Positions 42,603 to 53,506 of a stretch of DNA of 58,548 bases are shown in pieces (position 1 is the stretch's first letter; each line of letters opens with the position of its first letter). The stretch lies in IMG/VR virus record IMGVR_UViG_3300031555_007106, one strand, 5' to 3'. The translations under genes were made by a program, and so were the position numbers. The notes beneath the pieces are model-generated. The model did not search any database. It had not been told where the DNA came from and worked only from the letters and a program-made list of their open reading frames with translations. This stretch comes from a virus. Taxonomy: Duplodnaviria; Heunggongvirae; Uroviricota; Caudoviricetes.

Positions 42603-45142
42603 TTAATTATCAGCGTAGAGCAACTTGTTAATCCAAGTGTTTTTGTCCCTCACATCAACCATCTTGGTGTAATACTTCCCTGTTTTCAGGTCATGAGCAT
42701 ACTGAGACGTGTACGAATCTGTATACATTTCGCACATACAGAACATTTCCACTCCGTCAATAGTACACCAGCATATAGGAGGAAGAATATCAAGCATTTC
42801 TGAATATGTATCAGCATCAATTTCCTTCAACGGACCATCGAGAATCAAATTTCTTTTTCGCATGTCAAATTCCGCAAGTGTCATCACTTCGTATTTGGCG
42901 GTTTCTGCCTTCTTTATTGCATCCTGCCAGATTTCCGCTTCAGGCTGTTCTTTAGCATACTGACGATATATCTGATTGCTTTCCTCATTGTCTTTAATAG
43001 CACGGTTGAGGTCATAATCAGCGTTTTCTTCAGTTGTAAAAGTCCAAATCTGCATCTGAGTGGTGTTAACCACGCATAATTCATTTTTATTCATAAAAAT
43101 CCTTTCTCATTAATTCTTGTACCAGTATTCTCCATCAGCAAGGTTTTCGGTTTCTACTTCTTGAGCGTTATATACATTATATGTTTTTCCGTCAATAACA
43201 ACCGCTTCCATAATACTGCCAACAGTTGATGTAATGACATAGTCCTGAACATCAAATACTTCACGTGTTGCTAAATTCACCTTACAGGGAGCAGTAATGT
43301 CTACACCATTGTCACAATGCGTTAAAAAAATCGCATCTTTTATATTTTCTTCGTTGTCGACATTTTCTTCTTCTCCATCATACCAGAATTCATCTTCGTC
43401 AAGGTCCTCGATGTCAACCTTTTCGGAATTGTAAACTGAATAACGCTTTCCTTCGATAGTAATATATTCTTCAACAACACTACCTGTAGGAGGTTCTGAT
43501 TCCAACGCCTGAATATTGTACACTTCTCTGCTCTTCTTATCGATTTCGCACGTTGTTGTTTCAATGGTGCCGTCATCCCACACAGAGGTAAACATAACTC
43601 TTTCCTTATAGCAGACCCACACACCGACATATTCGCAGTTATCAGAATGGAAAGATGTTACGTTGACATCAAAATAATCAGAAAGACGAGCATAAATTTC
43701 ATCATCATCATATTCAACGTCATCGTTACCGCTGTCGATGCAAATTCCCTCATACTGATATAAGGTACTTGCCTCAGGGCCGAAAATTTCCTTAATGGTT
43801 TCATCAAATTCCTCAAGGGTGAGGAAAATACACTTCTTTAACTGACTTTCTCTTACATTTTTCATAATTCATTTTCCTTTCGTTTTAGTTTTATTTTGTA
43901 TTTACCGTTTCTTATCTCGCCGTATGTAAGCTCTCCATACTCTTCAAAATCCATATTCTTGTAAATTTATATCGCCTTCTTTTCTCCCCATAGGAGAATA
44001 ACCTTTTTCGATTAGTATTTCTCTTACTTCTTCATCTGATAAAACTCTGTGTACCAAGATTTCTCCGGCCATAATCCACTCACCTAATTGATTAGGACTT
44101 GTTTTATACTTGTAAAAGCCATTTACAGGAACGTAATCTAAAAAAGCGTCTCTTGAAGAAAATTTGCCGTTTTTCTTTCCCTTTTCGTTCGCAGCTTCTT
44201 GATAGTTAATATCATCTTTATAGGATACCTCACACCAAACGTGTTCAGGATTCATATATTTGATATTTCCATCATCATCTTTAACTCCGATATGTACCGC
44301 AAGGGGAATATCGGACAAATGCCAAGCTGGTCGAAAAGCAAGTGGACCTATCTTAGATTTCACTTTGTTGCAAACTCGTTCTCCGCATTCGGCATTTATC
44401 CATTCTCCCATAGGGGTTTCTTTATCTGCTAATACGAATAAAGGAAATAATTTTCCTTTTTGCGTTTTCTTAACACGAAAAAGCTTATAAGCTTTTGGCA
44501 TTTTTTCACCTCACCAACTGTTTATTATACAGTCAGAACAAATCTCCTCTCTGTAAAGCCAAACTTTTCAAGTTTGCGGTCGGAAATATTAAGTCTGACT
44601 ATAAGGTTTCCGCTATCTACAAAATAGCTTGTGTTATCATATTTTTCCTTTGTCTTTTTAAGAAATTCTGCTGAAAATTTGCTTACTGCATCGATTCTCT
44701 TTTGTGTGAGAACGGCGTCATACTCGAATTCATCCGCATAGTTATATGCAGAAAAAGTACCGTATTTCCCCTTGTCGTTATGGACTCGATATCCGGCAAG
44801 ATTATCCAGAACCATAATTTTTGTGAAGCTTGCATCACAATGTTGGTTGACAAAGTCGAGTATACCCTTCATTGTGTATGGAAATTCAACAGTTCTTGAG
44901 CATCCGCGAATTCTCATAACATTACAATCATCAATCACGGGGTCATTGGTAATTTGAAAGCAAAAGCTGCAGCTACCTGATGCTTCAAGTGTTGCTTTTT
45001 CCAACCCCATAAGTTCAAGATAAATCTTCTTGCCCTTATCATTTGTAAAAGCTGTACGAATGCGGCAATTAGGCACATCATTACGTTCAACACAGCCTGC
45101 ACCTTCAAAATATAAAATCTTTTCCATAGTTTTCCCTTTCAT
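42603..45142 (-). CDS. Module of 4 hypothetical proteins (42603-43094 possibly DUF1419-like, 43110-43865 with an internal duplication, 43944-44501, 44525-~45127)
   Basis: ORF track and RBSs. Confidence 0.7.
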
Positions 45143-45254
45143 TAAAATAAAGTCAATATTAAAACTCCATAACGTCAGTAAAATATTGCTACTAATAGTA
45201 TGGTAAAAAAGCTATAAAACAAAAAAGCCCGCCGAAGCGAGCTTTTTGCTACTA

Positions 45255-45743
45255 TTATTCCCACAGTACTACTGTGTTATTCTCCTTACTTTTTTTCACA
45301 TTAACAACTCTTTGATTTGAAGAGCCCCGCCATTTTAATGAAATATTTCTTTGTGTCTGAATAAATTTACCTTCAACAACAACATCAATACATTTCATAA
45401 TGGAGTATTCTTTTATCTTTTCCCACTCATATCCGGTATAAAGCCAAATATTCTTTTCAGGGAACTTTTCTTTTATCTCTTGTGCTAAAGCTGTCACAGT
45501 CTCAATATTATTAGGATGAAGCGGGTCTCCTCCGCTAAAAGTGACACCAGCTATGTACGGATTATCTAACGCTTTAAATAATTCGATTTTAGTATTGTCA
45601 TCAAAAATTTTTCCACTCTTTTCATCCCAAGTCTGAGGATTATGACAACCCGGACAATGATGTTCGCAGCCTGATACCCACAATACAACTCTGATACCGG
45701 AACCGTTAGCAACATCAGTCTTAGTAATCTTATGATAATTCAT
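45255..45743 (-). CDS. nrdG: Anaerobic ribonucleotide reductase activating protein (radical SAM)
   Basis: NGSGIRVVLWVSGCEHHCPGCHNP, FSGGDP, WRGSSNQR; adjacent to nrdD. Confidence 0.96.
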   Translation of the reverse strand: MNYHKITKTDVANGSGIRVVLWVSGCEHHCPGCHNPQTWDEKSGKIFDDNTKIELFKALDNPYIAGVTFSGGDPLHPNNIETVTALAQEIKEKFPEKNIWLYTGYEWEKIKEYSIMKCIDVVVEGKFIQTQRNISLKWRGSSNQRVVNVKKSKENNTVVLWE

Positions 45744-45754
45744 ATAATCCTTTC

Positions 45755-47953
45755 TTACTCATTTCCGCCTAAGTGAACGTAACGTTCCTTGATTTCCTGT
45801 GTGCGACCTGCATCCCAGAAGTTAGTTCCCACATATCCACAAGTTCTTCTCGCTACATTCATCTTATTTTCATCTCTGTTTTTACAGTTCGGACATTCCC
45901 AGACCAACTTATTGCCATCTTCGACAATCTGTATTTCACCGTCATATCCGCACTCCTGACAATAATCGCTCTTGATATTAATTTCGCCGTACATCAGAAT
46001 CTTGTAAATATACTGAATCTGTGCCAGCATAGCCTCTTCGTTGTGTGTGAGATTTGACGCCTCTACATAACTGATAGCTCCTCCGGTAGAAAGAGACTGG
46101 AATTCGGACTCAAAGGCAAGCTTATCAAAGGAATTAATCGGTTCAGTTACATGGATATGATAACTGTTTGTGATATAATTCTTATCTGTAACACCTTCAA
46201 TAATACCGAAACGCTTCTGCAGCGCCTTAGCAAAACGATACGAAGTGCTTTCGAGAGGTGTTCCGTAAAGTCCGAACCCAAGATTCAGTTCAGAATTCCA
46301 CTTTTCACACTTCTCATTCATATACTTCATAATCTTTAAGCCAAATTCCTTACCAACTTCTGTTGTAAGTTTCTGACCTGTCATATGATATACAGTTTCC
46401 CAAAGACCTGCATAGCCTAATGAAATAGTAGAATAACCGCCGACAAGAAGATTGTCAATCGTTTCGCCTTTTTTAAGACGGGCGATTGCTCCATGCTGCC
46501 ACATAATAGGAGCAACATCCGATGGAGTTCCCTTGAGGCGTTCATACTTACAAAGGAGGCCCTTATGACAAAGCTCCAGTCTTTCGTCAAAGATTTTCCA
46601 AAAATCATCCATATTCTTATTAGAAGAGCAAGCTACATCTACAAGATTTATTGTTACAACACCCTTATTAAAACGGCCATAGAACTTATATTCGCCATTT
46701 TCATTTTTCCAAGGAGTTAAGAAGCTTCTGCAACCCATACACGGGAAACAGTTTCCTTCCTTAATTTCCTTCATTTTCTTTTCAGATATGTAATCCGGTA
46801 CAAGACGCTTTGCAGAACATCTTGCTGCAAGACGAGTAAGATAATAGTATTTACTGTTTTCCCACACATTATCTTCTTCAAGAACATAAATTAACTTCGG
46901 GAATGCAGGTGTTACCCACACACCTTTTTCATTCTTAACACCCTGAATGCGCTGTGTGAGAGTTTCTTCGATGATTGAAGCAAGGTCATTCTTGAGTTTT
47001 TCTTCCTTGGCTTCACCGAGATACATAAAGACAGTTATAAACGGAGCCTGTCCGTTAGTAGTAAGAAGAGTTACAACCTGATACTGAATAGTCTGAATAC
47101 CCTTCTTTATGTCATCCTTAACTCTCTTTTCAACTAATCGGTCAATAGTTTCATCCTTAGGAAACTTGCCGATTTCGCCGAGCTCTACCATTTCTTCAAA
47201 ATCGCGAATAACCTTTTTTCTAATAGACTGACGAGTTACATCAACGAAAGGAGCAAGATGAGTCAAGCTTATTGACTGACCTCCATACTGATTACTTGAT
47301 ACCTGTGCGATTATCTGTGTAGCAATCGTGCAAGCAGTAGAAAAACTATGAGGCTTATCTATCCTTGTGCCGCTGATAACAGTACCGTTCTGAAGCATAT
47401 CATCGAGATTGATTAAACAGCAGTTCATCGTGTGATTTACGAAATAATCGCTGTCATGAAAATGAAGAATACCATTATCGTGTGACTCTGAGACATCCGG
47501 AGGCAGAAGAATTCTTCTTGTAATATCTCTGGAAACGGCTCCGGCGATATAATCTCTCTGTGTCGAAATGAAGGTAGGGTTCTTATTTGAATTCTCCTTC
47601 TTCATAGTTTCGTTCTGTCCTTCGATAAGAGCAAGAATTTCATTGTCGGTAGTATTCATTTTACGAGCCAACTCACGTTTATGTCTGTATCTCACATATC
47701 TTTTTGCGACTTCGAAATAACCCGCTTCCATAATTTTAGTTTCAACAATTTCCTGTATTTCTTCTACGGTAATTGTTCTGGAAAGCTTACTGCATTCCCC
47801 GATTACTGAACCGAATACCTCATACACATTGTTATCGGTCATTTCATTTATGCCATCTGAACGAGCACTTTCATTAGCTTTCATTATGGCGTTTATGATT
47901 TTTTCGTTTTCGAATGGGACTTCTCGCCCATCTCTTTTGATTACTCTGTACAT
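45755..47953 (-). CDS. nrdD: Anaerobic (class III) ribonucleoside-triphosphate reductase with N-terminal ATP-cone
   Basis: VIKRDGREVPF ATP-cone, MGCRSFL, GRFNKGVVTINL, C-terminal CxxC..CxxC and RRTCGY glycyl-radical motif. Confidence 0.97.
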   Translation of the reverse strand: MYRVIKRDGREVPFENEKIINAIMKANESARSDGINEMTDNNVYEVFGSVIGECSKLSRTITVEEIQEIVETKIMEAGYFEVAKRYVRYRHKRELARKMNTTDNEILALIEGQNETMKKENSNKNPTFISTQRDYIAGAVSRDITRRILLPPDVSESHDNGILHFHDSDYFVNHTMNCCLINLDDMLQNGTVISGTRIDKPHSFSTACTIATQIIAQVSSNQYGGQSISLTHLAPFVDVTRQSIRKKVIRDFEEMVELGEIGKFPKDETIDRLVEKRVKDDIKKGIQTIQYQVVTLLTTNGQAPFITVFMYLGEAKEEKLKNDLASIIEETLTQRIQGVKNEKGVWVTPAFPKLIYVLEEDNVWENSKYYYLTRLAARCSAKRLVPDYISEKKMKEIKEGNCFPCMGCRSFLTPWKNENGEYKFYGRFNKGVVTINLVDVACSSNKNMDDFWKIFDERLELCHKGLLCKYERLKGTPSDVAPIMWQHGAIARLKKGETIDNLLVGGYSTISLGYAGLWETVYHMTGQKLTTEVGKEFGLKIMKYMNEKCEKWNSELNLGFGLYGTPLESTSYRFAKALQKRFGIIEGVTDKNYITNSYHIHVTEPINSFDKLAFESEFQSLSTGGAISYVEASNLTHNEEAMLAQIQYIYKILMYGEINIKSDYCQECGYDGEIQIVEDGNKLVWECPNCKNRDENKMNVARRTCGYVGTNFWDAGRTQEIKERYVHLGGNE

Positions 47954-48080
47954 AACATTTTACCTTTCTTATTATAATAGTAGCTTATTGTCTCCGTTCG
48001 TCAGAAAAATAAGCTCATTATAAGTATGTGAGAAAAAACATAAAACAAAAAAACTCCCGGTTAGGGGAGTTTAATATATT

Positions 48081-48460
48081 TTATTGCTTTTGCTTCACAT
48101 ATTTTTCGATTACTGCTCTTGGATTTTCAAATTCACGCAGTTCATGTTCTTCAGAAGTTTCATCTTTCAGTTGTTCTTGAACAACTTGAATCATATCAAA
48201 GATTTCTTCTGCTTCAAATTTAGATTTTCTTACACCAAGATTTATTGCGATATGATATTTGTCTGTGTTTCGTATTCTTTCGAGGAATCCGACCTGAACA
48301 AATTCAAAGTCGTTTTCAACCAAAAAACAAAATACAAATTTATTCATTGGGAAAAGAACTAAATCACTATCATTTTCATAAATGATTGTAGCTGTTAAAT
48401 GGCTGTTCTTAAGCTTTTTACTGATGTTATCTGTTATTTTAATACAGTTTGCGTTCATAT
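48081..48460 (-). CDS. Hypothetical protein
   Basis: ORF with AGGAG RBS downstream of the cyclase; probable start MNANC. Confidence 0.65.
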
Positions 48461-48472
48461 TATTTCTCCTTC

Positions 48473-50014
48473 TTAAGAAATTATTTTTTCGTAAAATGCA
48501 CAACGGGATTTACCTTCTTTTTTAGCTTCATAAAGAGCACAGTCACTACTATACATCAAAGTTTCAATGTCGTGTTCGTAACCATCTTCAAGAGAAGCCA
48601 TTGCTAAACCTGCACTCATGGTCATAGCTGTATATCCTGTTTTATTTTTGTATTTTTCATTAAATTCATCAATGAGGCTCTGAGCTTCTTTTTCAAGCTC
48701 ATCTTTGTTTATATTTCTTTTTATAACAACAAGGAATTCATCTCCTCCAAGCCTTACTGAAAAATCTTCTTTAAAATGTTTTTTCAGCATCTTAGCAGTT
48801 TCTACAAGGACCTCATCTCCGACAGCGTGGCCTAAACTATCATTAATCTTTTTGAAGTTATCCAAATCGATTGCAATCATAGATAAGTACGGAGTTTTTC
48901 TTATTTGTGCAATATATGAAGAAAGACTGCGTCTGTTATTGAGTTTTGTAAGAAAATCTGTATTAGCATATTCAAGGGATTGTTTTTGTGAAAGTTTTTC
49001 AGCGGTAACATCATTAAATATAGTTACTTTTCCAATAACTTCCCCAAAATCATCTTTTACCTCTTCTCTTGAAAAACTGAGTATACACGGCAACCCATTT
49101 TTCTCTGTCTCAAAGATACCGGTCTTTTCTTTATTCCCAATAAACCGTTTTTTCCACTCTCTGCAATCTTTCCATCTGTATTTTCTTATTTCAGGGAAAT
49201 ATTCAGTAAGGGATGAATTATAACTTATAAGTTTTTCGTTCTTATCTTCTATCATAATACCGAAGGGTATGCTTTTTACAACAACGTTAAGCTCGTTTAT
49301 TATCTTTCGTAAATCTGCTATATCTCTTGCGACTCCGCAAGTGCCAAACAAACGACCGTCTATATCGTATAATGGGGTTTTATAAGTCTTAAATCTCTTC
49401 ATACCGTTTTTAGTCTTAACTTTTTCCTTGAACAGACGAGTTTTTCCGGCTTTTATAATTTCATCTTCCGATTCCAGACATACATAATTTCCTTGTTTAT
49501 ACTCTTCTTCAGGAATATCCCAAATATAATAATGACCTTTTTTATAAACCTGCTCTTTGGTTTTCCCTACAACATCACAAAAAGATAGGTTCGTCATGAG
49601 ATGTGCTCCATTCAAATCTTTAAACCAAATTAAATCAGGAACGCTGTCCGCAGCTGTTTCAAGGCAGATTTTATACCTTCTCATATCAAAATTGGATTTA
49701 ACAAGTTTTACAAGCCTTAAAAAATAATTTTTTAGTAATTTTTCCTTTGCAGGGGAGCAATCGGGGATACACCACAATTCAACATCATCAATAAGGTCGT
49801 TGGGAATTTCTTTTCCATCTGTAATAATTGCACACATACCTTTTTCTTTTCTCTGAAAATATAATTCGGCATTACCGTATACTGTAATTCTATCAGGGCT
49901 TTCAGAGTCTCCGAAATTCAATTCGCAGTCGGTGGGCATAGGAAGGCAGCTAAATAATTCTTCTCCGTTAAACTCGCATCCGATTAACCTTACATCAATA
50001 ATACAACTATACAT
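48473..50014 (-). CDS. PAS-domain diguanylate cyclase
   Basis: PAS-like LIWFKDLNG; DFLTKLNNR, IDLDNFKKIND, RLGGDEF, SAG, ALYEAKKEGK. Confidence 0.92.
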   Translation of the reverse strand: MYSCIIDVRLIGCEFNGEELFSCLPMPTDCELNFGDSESPDRITVYGNAELYFQRKEKGMCAIITDGKEIPNDLIDDVELWCIPDCSPAKEKLLKNYFLRLVKLVKSNFDMRRYKICLETAADSVPDLIWFKDLNGAHLMTNLSFCDVVGKTKEQVYKKGHYYIWDIPEEEYKQGNYVCLESEDEIIKAGKTRLFKEKVKTKNGMKRFKTYKTPLYDIDGRLFGTCGVARDIADLRKIINELNVVVKSIPFGIMIEDKNEKLISYNSSLTEYFPEIRKYRWKDCREWKKRFIGNKEKTGIFETEKNGLPCILSFSREEVKDDFGEVIGKVTIFNDVTAEKLSQKQSLEYANTDFLTKLNNRRSLSSYIAQIRKTPYLSMIAIDLDNFKKINDSLGHAVGDEVLVETAKMLKKHFKEDFSVRLGGDEFLVVIKRNINKDELEKEAQSLIDEFNEKYKNKTGYTAMTMSAGLAMASLEDGYEHDIETLMYSSDCALYEAKKEGKSRCAFYEKIIS

Positions 50015-50123
50015 ACGCTGCTCCTTAAAATTTTAGCTTTAACAATAGTATGTTATTTTTTTTATAAAACAAAAAAAGCTCGTCGAAACGAGCTTTTGTT
50101 ATTAATATTCTTAATAAGTAATA

Positions 50124-51068
50124 TTAGTCTTCATCTTCACGCTCGTCATCTTCTTCGTCATCAGTATATTCAAGATATCGATATGTAGCGTTAAGCATTA
50201 TTGCTCCATTTATTGTATTTACTCCATCTTCACCTGCAATAGGAATAGCATATATACACGCATCACTCATCCAAACGTCAAAATCAACCATTTCGACATT
50301 ATCTTCTTCGTCCATAATCAAAATTGAGATACATATTTCTGCGGATGAATTATGAGGTTCTCTGATAGATTCAGGTGTTGTAAAGCAATCCCATATATTA
50401 AACTTTTCAGCCTGAAGTCTTTCTCCTATAGCATATAATGCATTTGCTTCTTTCAGCATTCGAATTTCGTCTTCATTTAAATTTTCAGTAGGAATATAGA
50501 AATCTTCTCCTTTGTCTATATCTATGAAATTTTCATACTTTTCAGTTCCCCATAAAATTTCGAGAGATTGCTTCTGCCATTTTTCCAAGTTCCCAATAGG
50601 GTCATAAGTCCCATTGTAAACCACATCCTCAAGCATATATGGAATTACATTTGTTGTCGATGCAATTACAAAGATTTCGTCATCATCAGCATATTCTGAA
50701 GGAATAAAGACATTTGCTTTTCCATCTTTGCGAATCATTTCGCCGTATAAAAAAACTTTTTTTGTTTTTAGATTTGCAATTGAACACGCACTAAAACATT
50801 CTGCGTCAAAGTCATTTTCTTCAGCTTCGTCGTGAATAATCTGTTGAACGCTCCAGTCTGTAATGTCAGATTCTTCTTTTACGAGCATTTCAACCGCATT
50901 ACAAATAACATATAATGCTCTTTCAGTTTCCGAGCACTTATAAAGGTTCACTTTCTTGTTAAACTTATCCTTACAGGAAAGAATTTCTTTTCTTTCCTTT
51001 TCCTCAAGAGGACAATCTCTGTGCATGAGAAGTTCGTTTGCTCTCACATATGTTTTTTCAGTTATCAT
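50124..51068 (-). CDS. Acidic hypothetical protein
   Basis: 314-aa ORF with RBS. Confidence 0.75.
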   Translation of the reverse strand: MITEKTYVRANELLMHRDCPLEEKERKEILSCKDKFNKKVNLYKCSETERALYVICNAVEMLVKEESDITDWSVQQIIHDEAEENDFDAECFSACSIANLKTKKVFLYGEMIRKDGKANVFIPSEYADDDEIFVIASTTNVIPYMLEDVVYNGTYDPIGNLEKWQKQSLEILWGTEKYENFIDIDKGEDFYIPTENLNEDEIRMLKEANALYAIGERLQAEKFNIWDCFTTPESIREPHNSSAEICISILIMDEEDNVEMVDFDVWMSDACIYAIPIAGEDGVNTINGAIMLNATYRYLEYTDDEEDDEREDED

Positions 51069-51088
51069 TTTTTATTTCTCCTTTTCTT

Positions 51089-51181
51089 TCATCTGGCTTT
51101 TGTAGCCCATAAGTAAGCGACAATTCCTGTCGCCAGTCCGATTGCAACCAATACAATCTTTAAAATTGTCATTCCGTCCAT
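51089..51181 (-). CDS. 30-aa single-TM peptide MDGMTILKIVLVAIGLATGIVAYLWATKAR
   Basis: Not in the ORF track. Strong AGAAAGGAGG RBS; hydrophobic core and basic C-terminus. Confidence 0.7.
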   Translation of the reverse strand: MDGMTILKIVLVAIGLATGIVAYLWATKAR

Positions 51182-51344
51182 TGTATTTCCTCCTTTCTGA
51201 CATTTCTTTAATAATAGTTTATTGCTTACGATGACAAAAGAATCTTTGTCCTTTATTGTCAACGTAGGAATATATAATGTATAAGTATTCCTGAGATTAT
51301 AGCAATTGCTACCAACTCAATTTTTAAAATTACTACTCTGCTCA

Positions 51345-52997
51345 TCAAATATCTCCTTTTCCGATATATAAATTCCAAAGATAACGGTCTGTTTCTTCTT
51401 TTGTGTGAGAAAGAAGATATTCTTCGTCTTTTGTTGTTAACTCAGGAATACTGAATTTTTTTAATTTCTTAGTATTGTAAGCCCAATACTCTCCAACAAG
51501 AGAATATTCTACATTTGCTATATAAAACCTCATAACATCTGAATTCACTATAATAAATAAGATGTTAGGATTTATCGGGATATCGGCACTTATAGCAAGT
51601 CCACCATGAACCAATGCGTCTTGATATACAGGTTTGTAGAAGTTGGGTTCTTTATTATAAGTTCCTGCAATTAACACCTTATTATATAAAGGAATACCTT
51701 GAACTCTACCATATGCATACCAACTTACAGAATTAGGTTTTCCATTATCTCTTGTTGCAAGTTCACTCTTTCTGCTTAACAAATATTTGTATGTATTAGG
51801 ATATTGTTCCTTCATTATAGCTTCGGGAATTATTCTTCCATCGGGATAATAAGGATAAATGATGTTTTTTGTAATCATTTTGCTGCCCATATATACTTTT
51901 TTGATAACATTTTCTTCTAATTTGAAGTTAACGCCATCAATTTCTACTCTTTTATCATCATTTATGATAAATACATCATCTTTTAATGTAGCTATACTAC
52001 CTTTTATATATTCTTTCAATTTAAACGGATGAGAGCAGATACTATTAATCAATTCCGAGTTTTGTTCAGTATTACCCATCCAACTCAAACAAGGCTGCAA
52101 ATTTATTTGTGTAAGAAATGATTCGGGATTGTCTCCGTAAGAGCTTTTTGTATACATTAGTCTGTTGTCGTTTTTATTTTCAACTGTTAATATGCACGTT
52201 TTTGCTTTGACGGCAAATACAGGCGTTTCTCCGAGGTCGATTATCTCTCTATAAATACCTTTAGAGTCAATAAACTTTCTTAATTTAGCCGAACCTTCAG
52301 AATACAGGATATTATTTATTGTTATAAAAACCATTTTGCCGTTCGGAGCCAACTTTGACACAGCCTTCTCTATAAATACATGACTCAGGTTGTACATTCC
52401 GTTCGCAGACAAATACATAGACGAATATATCTCTTTTTTTGCTTTATTTATTTGTCGATAATTAATATAAGGCGGATTGCCAATGATGTAATCATACTCA
52501 AGGCCAAACCAATCGCTTGTCAAAGAATCTGCACATTTTATATTCAAATTGATTTCATTGGTATCACAGCCTTGTTCCAAACACCATAACTCAATCAAGA
52601 TTTTGGCATAATATATATTTTTCTCATCAATATCTATACCATAAATGTATTTAGTTGCTTCTAATGGAGATATTCTGTTAATGTGAGCTATCTTATCAAT
52701 AGCTGCGATGAGAATATTGCCACAACCGCAAGCGGGGTCAATTACTTTACATTCACCCGGCTCTATTTTTTTAGATATGTACGAAGAAATATAATAAGGG
52801 GTAAAGAATGCCCCTTTTTCTTTTTTGTTTTCAATTTTTTTCTCACACAGCTTGCTTATTTCATAGATTGTTTCCGCTTGTATATCAGTTTTAGAATAAC
52901 ATTCGTTTATAATAGAGGCAAATTCATCAGAAACACTCAGATTCTTATCAATATTCCTATTATAATAATCAGCAATAACCTTTTTGATTTCTTCCAT
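51345..52997 (-). CDS. N6-adenine DNA methyltransferase (Eco57I/TaqI-like gamma class)
   Basis: GAFFTP, IDPACGCG (motif I), IIGNPPY (motif IV). Confidence 0.9.
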   Translation of the reverse strand: MEEIKKVIADYYNRNIDKNLSVSDEFASIINECYSKTDIQAETIYEISKLCEKKIENKKEKGAFFTPYYISSYISKKIEPGECKVIDPACGCGNILIAAIDKIAHINRISPLEATKYIYGIDIDEKNIYYAKILIELWCLEQGCDTNEINLNIKCADSLTSDWFGLEYDYIIGNPPYINYRQINKAKKEIYSSMYLSANGMYNLSHVFIEKAVSKLAPNGKMVFITINNILYSEGSAKLRKFIDSKGIYREIIDLGETPVFAVKAKTCILTVENKNDNRLMYTKSSYGDNPESFLTQINLQPCLSWMGNTEQNSELINSICSHPFKLKEYIKGSIATLKDDVFIINDDKRVEIDGVNFKLEENVIKKVYMGSKMITKNIIYPYYPDGRIIPEAIMKEQYPNTYKYLLSRKSELATRDNGKPNSVSWYAYGRVQGIPLYNKVLIAGTYNKEPNFYKPVYQDALVHGGLAISADIPINPNILFIIVNSDVMRFYIANVEYSLVGEYWAYNTKKLKKFSIPELTTKDEEYLLSHTKEETDRYLWNLYIGKGDI

Positions 52998-53082
52998 TCA
53001 GCAAACCTCTTTCATAACATTCTATTTATAGTATGAAAGAATAAATTGTTTTTTAAGGAATGCTTGTTTAATGCGGGTATCA

Positions 53083-53173
53083 AAAAGTGAAAAAAGTGAA
53101 AATTCACATTTTATTCACTACGTCAGTTTGCAAAAGTGAATATTTACATTAATAAAAGTGAAAATTCACATTT
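53083..53173. repeat. AAAAGTGAA(AATTCACATT) repeat cluster
   Basis: AAAAGTGAA at 53083, 53092, 53132 and 53154; imperfect palindrome GTGAA-AA-TTCAC. Confidence 0.7.
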
Positions 53174-53345
53174 TTTTACTCTTTTAACAACATACGGACG
53201 GGAAACCTCGGTTATTTATAGTTGAGAAGTTCACACATAGCACATATCACATTTCAAAATTTAACATTTTATTCTATCATACTACAATTAAGAGGTGATA
53301 TAATTTTTGTCGAATTCCTCAAAAGGCATTTAATCATCTTGAAAC

Positions 53346-53506
53346 GGGTGGCTTTGCACCCTCAGAGCGAGAAGGACCTGTAAGACGTTTGCTAACGCTG
53401 GAGCTCCACTCTTGCAAAGGTTGACTTTTTGTAAGTCAGAAAACCTCGTACTTAGTAGTCCGTACGAGACTATATGTGTAATATACACTGTAAAACTGAA
53501 TTTGAG
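53346..53506 (+). ncRNA. tracrRNA-like element D
   Basis: Conserved element; a CATACTA promoter core lies at 53278-53284. Confidence 0.82.

Noticed and set aside
7-53036. The many short plus-strand ORFs in the track (e.g. 7-300, 22980-23303, 48705-49223)
   Set aside because: Antisense shadows of well-supported minus-strand genes; no RBS and Phe/Ser/Leu-rich composition.
53092-53111. Rex or CRP operator
   Set aside because: Half-site spacing is 2 nt shorter than TGTGA-N6-TCACA.
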